From IMG/VR virus record IMGVR_UViG_3300018080_005419: a stretch of 64,000 bases of DNA; one strand, given 5' to 3'. The notes beneath the pieces were generated by a model. That model did no database searches, was not told the DNA's origin, and worked only from the letters and a program-made list of their open reading frames with translations. Shown here one piece after another: positions 1 to 7,378 of the stretch. Numbering within the stretch: the first letter of the stretch is position 1; every line of letters starts with the position of its first letter. The DNA comes from a virus. The position numbers were made by a program, and so were the translations under genes.

Positions 1-2
1 TT

Positions 3-437
3 GTTTTGTGGATGAAATTTGACACCTGGATCTGGAACCAAAGAACTAGCAAATAAAGTAGTATTTCTTAATAAATTAATTCTTTCCTGATTTAATTTCT
101 TTCTATCTATAGCTCTCTTATATTTTGGAGTTTTCTTTTTATTTTTATTCGGTGTTTCAGAATCAAAGAATTTTTTATCATTTTCGATTACCTCAACTGG
201 AACCTCAATACCATTATCTGTATAGTATTTTCTCTGAATTAAACGAATAACGGCTTTCCTAATCCATTCTTTTGTAGTTTCAGGTGGTTGTTTTCCAGTA
301 AGAGATGAGTATTTTTCGTTAAGTTGAATATCTGTTAAATTAGGAACATCTTTAGCAAGTTCAAAAATTGCTTCCTTTGCTTTGTTTAGTGTTTCTTTTT
401 GCGTATTGTCTTCTTGTGGTTGATTATTACTTGTCAT
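3..437 (-). CDS. Hypothetical protein, N-terminal part; runs off the left edge of the window
   Basis: Not in the ORF track. Manual translation from ATG at 437 (AGGAG upstream) gives MTSNNQPQEDNTQKETLNKAKEAIFELAKDVPNLTDIQLNEKYSSLTGKQPPETTKEWIRKAVIRLIQRKYY..., open to the window end. The LNEKYSSLTGKQPP...WIRKAVIRLIQ stretch loosely recalls DUF2924. Confidence 0.75.
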   Translation of the reverse strand, partial: MTSNNQPQEDNTQKETLNKAKEAIFELAKDVPNLTDIQLNEKYSSLTGKQPPETTKEWIRKAVIRLIQRKYYTDNGIEVPVEVIENDKKFFDSETPNKNKKKTPKYKRAIDRKKLNQERINLLRNTTLFASSLVPDPGVKFHPQN

Positions 438-476
438 GAAAATATTCTCCTTTCTACATCAGAATCAAAACAAGAA

Positions 477-1184
477 TTAGTCTGGTAATTTAACTTCTAT
501 CCTATCAAATTCATTATCGATAAGATTTTCACCATTCCATTCCTGTTTGTTGTTTTCCGATGAGTAAACTTCAATAGATTCTTGTTGTTCATCGTTTATT
601 GTTCCTTGTTCTTCTTCGATATGATCTTCCTGTTGTGATTCTTCTGTGTTTATTTCGGTTTTAAACCCATAAAGAATTTCTACTCTATCTACATCTAACA
701 ATAAAGCCATAAGTTCATCAACTGCATCTTCTTCTTCCATTCTATTTTTTCCATATCCCAATGGTGGCAAATAAATGGTGCCAGGAATAAGATGTAAATT
801 TCTTTTTAAAATATCCACAGTTTCTTCAATAACTTCCCAATCTGTTTTTTCTGTATCTTTTTTTTCTTCTCTTGATCCAGCCTCATCAGGAGTAAGTATT
901 ATTCCAAAATCGTCAGAACATAAAGGAATTCTCAAATCACTATAAGAAAGAATTTTTTGAGGTTCGTCCTCCCTTGTCAACTTACTTGCAAAAACTGCAA
1001 ATTTTCCTCTGCCAACTTTACACAATCTTTCGTAATTTTTCTCTAAGCCAGGAAACTTAGATACCATATACCTTCCTACTTCTGATGGAAATTTGTTGTT
1101 TGGATTTTCTGGAGCAGTTGGCATACAAATCCAGCCCTTTGACCAGAACTTCCATATTTCATCACACTTATATTTGACAGCCAT
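477..1184 (-). CDS. Divergent macro-domain-like (Poa1p/A1pp-type) protein with acidic tail
   Basis: WICMPT, KFPGLEKNYERLC, TDWEVIEETVDIL and IYLPPLGYG follow the order of macro-domain elements. The canonical GCGxGG loop is altered. Confidence 0.45.
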   Translation of the reverse strand: MAVKYKCDEIWKFWSKGWICMPTAPENPNNKFPSEVGRYMVSKFPGLEKNYERLCKVGRGKFAVFASKLTREDEPQKILSYSDLRIPLCSDDFGIILTPDEAGSREEKKDTEKTDWEVIEETVDILKRNLHLIPGTIYLPPLGYGKNRMEEEDAVDELMALLLDVDRVEILYGFKTEINTEESQQEDHIEEEQGTINDEQQESIEVYSSENNKQEWNGENLIDNEFDRIEVKLPD

Positions 1185-1276
1185 ACATTGTCCAATACCA
1201 GAAACGAGATCTGTATTCTAGATATTATACCGCAAGATTATCGACTAAAGGTAGGAAAAGTTATTTTTATTCTTTT

Positions 1277-1801
1277 CTAAGCGTTCCAAGAATCCCAACC
1301 AAAGTTAATCCCATATCTTAAATCACCATACTGACCGCTATAAGTGAATGGATCAAAAGCGCCTTCGGCTTCTGCTCTTCCGTCAGAAAAAGGATCTCCG
1401 AGCCCTAAACCATCTTGATCATAATCTTCAGGAGGTAACGGAGGAAAGTCAACATTCCATGATTCACATCCTATTCCTATGCGAGAACCATAGGTTAATC
1501 GTCCGCCTAACGTACCATCTCTTGTAATATGACCAAAATTGCGATTCCAATAAAAAACTTTGCATGAACCATTCCATTTACAAGAAGAACATCCTTGTCC
1601 TGGTTGCCTTGGTGTATTGATTGTTCTTGGATAATGTATGCGAGGATCGAGTGGACCTACATCTCCTGGCCCTGGCTTATTTCCTGTATTTTTACGAGGA
1701 GTTGGTTGCGAAGATGTTGTTCGATCAAAAGATTCAGGAATAGGAGGATGACTGTGTATAGCAGGAACATATCTTCTATAAACTGATTCGTATTCTGCCA
1801 T
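1277..1801 (-). CDS. Hypothetical Pro-rich protein with CxxC...C motif
   Basis: 174-aa ORF in the minus-strand gene run, containing CSSCKWNGSC. No family recognised. Confidence 0.6.
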   Translation of the reverse strand: MAEYESVYRRYVPAIHSHPPIPESFDRTTSSQPTPRKNTGNKPGPGDVGPLDPRIHYPRTINTPRQPGQGCSSCKWNGSCKVFYWNRNFGHITRDGTLGGRLTYGSRIGIGCESWNVDFPPLPPEDYDQDGLGLGDPFSDGRAEAEGAFDPFTYSGQYGDLRYGINFGWDSWNA

Positions 1802-1807
1802 AATTTT

Positions 1808-2407
1808 TTACGCCTCATCTAAAATTAAATCAACTTCTTTAACTTCTAACTCAGGGTTGATTTCTTTTAGTTTTTCTACTATCCATTTCACTGATTCGTC
1901 ATTGTCTAAATTATCAGGCAACGAAAGAAGTTCTATCTGCCATAAGCCAGATAATCTAAAAATTATAGAATCAATTATTAGCTGAAACCAAGGATTTGTT
2001 GTTCTAGTCCCATCAGGAGTTAATGGTTGTCTTCCCCATGGTATGTGAACAATAACATCATATTTCTCAGCTTCTAATTTGCAATTTTCGACATAGGATG
2101 TTATGTCGAAATTCTCGTCTACATGCATTCCCTGAATACAATAGGCTGCAAGATCAATCCAGGATCTATCCGTCACAAAATTTTCATAGTGTGATTCCAT
2201 AACGCTTTTGTTATCAAATAGCATGTTTTGTCGTTTAGGAGTGCATAGAAATTGTTCTACTGTTTGCCCCATACCATATTGAAATCCAAAATCTTTCAGG
2301 ATAGTTTTCGCTAAATTTGTAAGTGAAGGATGTGCAATGACTTCTGACAATTTTCGAGCAATTGTGGTTCTGCCTGTGCCTGCTGATCCCGCCAATGCTA
2401 TTTTCAT
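1808..2407 (-). CDS. P-loop NTPase, NadR/AAA_28-like or nucleoside monophosphate kinase-like
   Basis: N-terminal MKIALAGSAGTGRTT (Walker A-like), FVTDRSWIDLAAY and YDVIVHIP. Confidence 0.7.
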   Translation of the reverse strand: MKIALAGSAGTGRTTIARKLSEVIAHPSLTNLAKTILKDFGFQYGMGQTVEQFLCTPKRQNMLFDNKSVMESHYENFVTDRSWIDLAAYCIQGMHVDENFDITSYVENCKLEAEKYDVIVHIPWGRQPLTPDGTRTTNPWFQLIIDSIIFRLSGLWQIELLSLPDNLDNDESVKWIVEKLKEINPELEVKEVDLILDEA

Positions 2408-2601
2408 TGTAAATCCTTATAAAATAAAAATTTAAAACATACAAACCATAGAAATATTATAGTCTTATGGAGCAAAAGTTCGTTCTCTTTTTCTTATAAT
2501 TTTGCTTCCTAGTAGATCTAAAAGTCTTACTACATACTAATAGGGGAATTATATAATTTTTTGGAATAGAGTCAAGCAGTTTGTTTCAGGAGGACAATAA
2601 A

Positions 2602-2958
2602 ATGGCTGCCTCACAAACTACAACCTTTATGCTGGCTAACGGGAAAGAAGAAATAAAAGTAAATTGGGATAAATCTAATGGTGAAATACAACTTATGCGT
2701 GTTAAACTCCCCGATCCAGATGTTACAGATACCGAACCCCCTACTAAACAATGCTTTATGCTTAGAACTACCGATCTAAAACCACAAGAATGGGTTGAAC
2801 TTACAGAAACTATTCTCAGGGCACTACAAAAATTATTTCATCTTCCTGGCTATGGTGCTGAAATGGAATATGATAGCATACAAGAAGCAATTTCAACTTT
2901 CAAACAAATGATAGGCGACGATGACGATGAAGATGAAGAGGATGAAGAAGAGTTTTAA
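2602..2958 (+). CDS. Hypothetical protein with acidic C-terminus
   Basis: ATG at 2602 follows GGAGG (the track starts at TTG 2581). Ends DDDDEDEEDEEEF. Confidence 0.7.
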   Translation: MAASQTTTFMLANGKEEIKVNWDKSNGEIQLMRVKLPDPDVTDTEPPTKQCFMLRTTDLKPQEWVELTETILRALQKLFHLPGYGAEMEYDSIQEAISTFKQMIGDDDDEDEEDEEEF

Positions 2959-3020
2959 AAACACAAGCTATATTTAAAAATTAAGACTATAATAGAATAG
3001 AGCCATGAGAAGAGAGAAAA

Positions 3021-3368
3021 ATGGATAGAAAATCACAAGTAAGAGTGTTAATTCCCAATCAGTTAGATGTGATTTTTAATAATAAAGTCGTAACATCTGA
3101 CAAAAAAATCCTTATGTATATCGAAAATAATAATGGCATTGAAAAAATTGTCCGTGGTTCTCGTGTTGTTCCATATATCGGAGAACAACCAATTGAGACA
3201 AGCATAAAATTTAAAAATGGACCTAATGGCTGGGTAGAGTTTAAAGATAGCGAAGGGAATAAACAAAAATTAACCGGAAACATCTTCGCGTATTTATCTG
3301 TTCCTTTTGAGTCAGGAGAAACACCTCCAAAAGTCAAATTATATGTTTCGGATCTGCAAGACAACTAA
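3021..3368 (+). CDS. Hypothetical protein
   Basis: 115-aa ORF between two plus-strand genes, with a purine-rich RBS. Confidence 0.65.
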   Translation: MDRKSQVRVLIPNQLDVIFNNKVVTSDKKILMYIENNNGIEKIVRGSRVVPYIGEQPIETSIKFKNGPNGWVEFKDSEGNKQKLTGNIFAYLSVPFESGETPPKVKLYVSDLQDN

Positions 3369-3386
3369 TCAGGATTACAAACAATC

Positions 3387-4076
3387 ATGTCAGATTCTAA
3401 AAAATTAGATGAACGGATTGAGCTAGTTCACGATTATTGGATTGATCCTGATAGTCGCGAAATTTGGATACATGGAATTGATAATACAGGTGATGAAGAA
3501 GGAGAGCCCGGTGTTGATCATCAAATGGCAACTCGTGTAATTAAAAATCTTCACTATCTCCGCAAACAATCTACAAGAGCAACTGTTACAATCCATCTCC
3601 ATACTTGTGGTGGATATGTAGGAGAAGGATTTGCTATTTACGATACTATCAGATTAATGCCTTATCCTGTAACAATCATCAGTTACACTCATGCCAGAAG
3701 TATGTCGTCAGTTATACTTCAAGCAGCAGCAGGACCAGATGATACAAGATTGCTTTTACCCAGTAGTCATTTTATGTTTCATTTTGGGTCATACGAAACA
3801 CATGGAATTTCTCAACAAGTTTATAGCGAAATTGATTTCTTTAAAAAGTATGATGAATTAATGATAGATATTTATATAGAATCTGTTAAAAATGGTAAAA
3901 AATTTAAAGGAGTAACAGATAAAAGAATCAGAAAAGAATTGATAGATAGAATGAACAGCAAAGTAGATGTTTATTTAACTGCTGAAGAAGCGGTTGAATG
4001 GGGATTTGCTGACGGAATACTTGAAACTTGGCCGAATACATGCAAATGGAAAAGAGGAAACACTAAGAAGGTTTAA
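3387..4076 (+). CDS. clpP: ClpP-like serine protease (S14 family)
   Basis: HTCGGYVGEGFAIYD, catalytic Ser in ARSMSS, His in HFMFH, Asp in DVYLTAEEAVEWGFAD. Confidence 0.85.
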   Translation: MSDSKKLDERIELVHDYWIDPDSREIWIHGIDNTGDEEGEPGVDHQMATRVIKNLHYLRKQSTRATVTIHLHTCGGYVGEGFAIYDTIRLMPYPVTIISYTHARSMSSVILQAAAGPDDTRLLLPSSHFMFHFGSYETHGISQQVYSEIDFFKKYDELMIDIYIESVKNGKKFKGVTDKRIRKELIDRMNSKVDVYLTAEEAVEWGFADGILETWPNTCKWKRGNTKKV

Positions 4077-4179
4077 ATTCAACGATTGTCAAATCTTCAT
4101 TTTCAAGCTCTTCTTCTATAATTTCCAAAACCTTATTCCAATCGCCACCTGCTAAACCACAACCTATTATCGTTTTCAT
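4063..4179 (-). pseudogene. 38-codon macro-domain remnant
   Basis: Manual translation gives MKTIIGCGLAGGDWNKVLEIIEEELENEDLTIVEFKPS. The ATG overlaps the stop of the upstream nuclease (ATGA). IGCGLAGGDW is the signature C-terminal loop of phage Poa1p-like macro domains. Confidence 0.65.
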
Positions 4180-5195
4180 GCTGATGGCCTTTTAGACAAA
4201 ATATAAGTAATTGTATCATCTGGTAATCCTACTTCTATTGCTCTTTTTTCAAGCATATCCCACACATCAATTCTGGATATTCCGATATTTGCCAAACTTT
4301 TTGCAACCTCTTCAAATTCAGCTTCTGTTACTTCCTTATCGTCAAATGAAACGCCAACCTTCTCGTCAATAAATGGCGCTCCTTCTTTAAATACCTCTTC
4401 TTGGGTTAATGCAGATTCAACATTCCACATTTCCCACTTATATTTTTTAGTTTTGGGATCGATTAATATATCAACTCCACGAATAGGTCTGTCTACATCA
4501 TATTCGTTCTTTTGAGTTCTTGCTAGCGATCCAGGATTTATAAAAAGTGTGCCAATATCAGTAATAGTAGGATTAAAGCCCTGATGAAGATCTCCGCATA
4601 AAACAACATCTATAGATCTTTTTCCGTCGTTTTCTGTTTTAAACTCTCTTAAATCAATACCATAATGTTCATCTAATTTATCCATTAACAAATGATGTAC
4701 AAGAACAACACGAATATCGATATCTTTTGGGCGTTTTCTACTTGAAACTCGCATAGACCATTTAATCGGGTCAGAACTATTAGGACAAGCCAAAAATCCA
4801 ATTTTTAACCCTTGAATGTCTTTAACTAAGTCTTTATCTGTAGGAATTTCTTCAATGTTTTCAATAACACGAGAAGCCTGTCTGAATATAAAAGCTTGAG
4901 TGGATAAATGTCGCGTTCCATAGTCTTTGCCGTATAGATCGTGTTGGCCCCATGTATATAAAAATGGAACTTTAAGATGTTCATCAAAAATATGGATAGC
5001 TTTTTCTTTAACTTGATCCGCATTAAGTCTATATGTATGACAAAAATCACCTCCGAACAGTGCTAAGTCTGATTCGGAGGCGTGTTGAATACAATCTTTT
5101 AATTTTCCTAGAATAGTTTCAGGGTAATCGTCTTTTCTGCTGATAGGACCCTGACCACGCAAATGAAGATCGGTAAAGAATGAAAGTCTAATCAT
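4176..5195 (-). CDS. SbcD/Mre11/gp47-like metallophosphoesterase nuclease
   Basis: FTDLHL, GGDFCH, WGQHD, LVHH, CGDLH, then INPGSLAR. Confidence 0.8.
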   Translation of the reverse strand: MIRLSFFTDLHLRGQGPISRKDDYPETILGKLKDCIQHASESDLALFGGDFCHTYRLNADQVKEKAIHIFDEHLKVPFLYTWGQHDLYGKDYGTRHLSTQAFIFRQASRVIENIEEIPTDKDLVKDIQGLKIGFLACPNSSDPIKWSMRVSSRKRPKDIDIRVVLVHHLLMDKLDEHYGIDLREFKTENDGKRSIDVVLCGDLHQGFNPTITDIGTLFINPGSLARTQKNEYDVDRPIRGVDILIDPKTKKYKWEMWNVESALTQEEVFKEGAPFIDEKVGVSFDDKEVTEAEFEEVAKSLANIGISRIDVWDMLEKRAIEVGLPDDTITYILSKRPSA

Positions 5196-5246
5196 TGTTT
5201 TTTCCTTGTTAATTATGTCGCAAGATAGCGGGTAATGTTTTAATTA

Positions 5247-5555
5247 TTATATAGCGGGAACTCCATGTTGGTATCCGTAAATAACGCCAAACTTTGTTGT
5301 GAATCTTTCCTGGATCATTTGCGTATAGCCAGCAGTAGTAGGAGCAGAATATAGATCCTTATAATACAGACGTTTGTAGTTTTCTCCTTCTCCATCAGGA
5401 AGTGTAGAAGGTATATCCAAATACCGAATAATTTGATTTCGATAATCAGCGTCAGCCTCAGCAATAGGTACATTTACATATGGATTTGGGTCATTTGCTC
5501 GAATATCGTTTGGAACAGTAACAGTAAAATCATAATCTTGTGTATAAACAGGCAT
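5247..5555 (-). CDS. Hypothetical protein
   Basis: 102-aa ORF with AAGGAGG RBS, directly downstream of the DnaE C-half. Confidence 0.7.
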   Translation of the reverse strand: MPVYTQDYDFTVTVPNDIRANDPNPYVNVPIAEADADYRNQIIRYLDIPSTLPDGEGENYKRLYYKDLYSAPTTAGYTQMIQERFTTKFGVIYGYQHGVPAI

Positions 5556-5577
5556 AATTTGACCTCCTTAAATTGTA

Positions 5578-7035
5578 CTACTCTATGGCCGTTAAGTCCA
5601 GTAAATGTCTGCTCTTTCCATTATAAAAGCAACCATCACTGTCAATATCAAACTTCCTTAACGGCACTGTCATAATATGCCCAGTTATCAAAGTTTTTTC
5701 AAGATCGTCAAAATGCTTCTCCCAAACAAAGAAAGATATGTCGTCAAAGTCGTCTGAAAATTCCACTATCCACATAGGATTCCCAGACTTTTTGGACACT
5801 GTTTTCTTAATTTTTCCTATAACTCCAAGGAAAACGCCCTCTTCCGTGTTCTTCAATTCTTCTATCTTTGAGATTCCATATTCGTCTAATTTATCGTATG
5901 TTTCCATAGGTATTAACGAATGGCTTAATGAAATTCCTAATAATTCTTCTTCTGCGCTTTTTCTTTCTTCTTCTCCAAAATGCACATACTCATAAGTTTT
6001 TTCTTTCCTTATTTCTCCTAAAAATTGATTAATCATAAATTCACGGTCGCCAAAACAATCAAAAGCGCCAGATTTAATCAGAGCCATAATTTTAGATTTA
6101 TTACACTTTCTTTTTTCAACCTTATCGTAAAAATCTTTGAGGGAGTTGAACGGCCTTTTAGTAAGAACTTCATTGGCACCAGCAGGACCTAAATTCTTAA
6201 TCATACTCAGGCCCCATCGAATAGTGTTTCCTTCTAAGGTGAATTTGTTTTCAGAATTGTTTACATCAGGGGGAATAATAGAAATACCCATCTTTCTAGC
6301 ATATTGAATATATTTTTTAAGAATGCTGCCACCTCTCTTATCCTTTTTGGCAATATCTGTAAAGTTTAAGAGAGCAGCCATAAATTGTATAGGGAAATGA
6401 ACTTTAAGGAATAATGACCAATATGCTACCATTGCATAAGATGCTGCGTGGCTTAAGTTGAAACCGTAGCCCCCATAATTTTTAAGAGTTTCAACAAAAG
6501 TATCTAATTGATCTTGCGTTATAAGTCCGTCTTTGACAGATTTTTGCGAACGTTTTTTAAAGTCTTCTAATAAAACTTGTAGTTTCTTCATTGTTTCAGC
6601 ATTATCTTTTCCCTTTGCTAATCCTTTTCTTAGAGCATTAGCTTCAGCACCAGAAAATCCTGCTAAACGTCTAGCAATTGCCATTGCACTTTCTTGGTAG
6701 ATTGGGAGATTGTAGGATCTATCCAGAACATCAGCAACAGCAGGAATCGACTCCCATCTTTCATATCCCTTCTTTCTCTTACCGTAAGTAACATGTAAAT
6801 TACCACTCAAAGGATCTGGTCTTCCCAAAGTAGTAGCAGCATACATATCAGCGAATGAATCAATCCCTATCTCTTTAATAATCCCAATAGCAACATCTGT
6901 CTCAAATTGAAAAATGCCAAATACATCTAATTTGTTCAAACGCTTAAAGCATTCTTGATCATCATCTGGAACTTTAGCCATATCAAGTGGTTCTGGAGAT
7001 ACATTTTCTACAATACCAGGGTCAATTTTAAGCAT
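5578..7035 (-). CDS. dnaE: DNA polymerase III alpha (family C), C-terminal fragment (fingers, HhH, OB-fold)
   Basis: EPLDMAKVPDDD, GIFQFE, LGRPDPL, LPIYQE, GYGFNLSHAASY, IRWGLSMIKNLG, LIKSGAFD, EEELLG and an OB-fold region. Confidence 0.92.
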   Translation of the reverse strand: MLKIDPGIVENVSPEPLDMAKVPDDDQECFKRLNKLDVFGIFQFETDVAIGIIKEIGIDSFADMYAATTLGRPDPLSGNLHVTYGKRKKGYERWESIPAVADVLDRSYNLPIYQESAMAIARRLAGFSGAEANALRKGLAKGKDNAETMKKLQVLLEDFKKRSQKSVKDGLITQDQLDTFVETLKNYGGYGFNLSHAASYAMVAYWSLFLKVHFPIQFMAALLNFTDIAKKDKRGGSILKKYIQYARKMGISIIPPDVNNSENKFTLEGNTIRWGLSMIKNLGPAGANEVLTKRPFNSLKDFYDKVEKRKCNKSKIMALIKSGAFDCFGDREFMINQFLGEIRKEKTYEYVHFGEEERKSAEEELLGISLSHSLIPMETYDKLDEYGISKIEELKNTEEGVFLGVIGKIKKTVSKKSGNPMWIVEFSDDFDDISFFVWEKHFDDLEKTLITGHIMTVPLRKFDIDSDGCFYNGKSRHLLDLTAIE

Positions 7036-7105
7036 TTCTCTATTTTCCTTTATATTTTTCCTAACAAGTGTGAATCTATTTTTACTTCAAACGGAGAATA
7101 ATAAA

Positions 7106-7375
7106 ATGGAAGAAAGACAAGATGAAGTTATTTTTCAAACCGCAGAAGAAGCTTTCCAAAAACTTGCCGATTTAACAGGCAAGAAAATAATGGTTCCTGA
7201 TAAGGCTGAACCAACAGTAGCAGAAGAAAATCAAGAAGAAGAAGCTGTTACTGGAGGCACAACAAAAGAATTAGCCGACAAGCTTAGAGAACAAGGTGAA
7301 AAATACGGAGAAGCAGCTGACAAATTAGAAGACATTGATTCTGAAATTGAATCTTTCGGAACAGCAATTGAATAG
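7106..7375 (+). CDS. Small acidic protein with AFQxLADxxGKKI motif, inserted antisense between the dnaE halves
   Basis: ATG at 7106 follows GGAG (the track starts at GTG 7070). Contains EEAFQKLADLTGKKIMV. Confidence 0.75.
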   Translation: MEERQDEVIFQTAEEAFQKLADLTGKKIMVPDKAEPTVAEENQEEEAVTGGTTKELADKLREQGEKYGEAADKLEDIDSEIESFGTAIE

Positions 7376-7378
7376 CAA

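Noticed and set aside
5225-5258. ATAGCGGG direct repeat flanking a TATAAT
   Set aside because: It is only 8 bp, occurs as two copies, and one is constrained by coding sequence. That is not enough to call an operator.
7036-7378. Group I or II intron joining the dnaE halves
   Set aside because: The gap is almost fully occupied by an antisense ORF, and both halves have their own RBS/start or stop. I saw no intron core elements, but a covariance-model search would settle this.
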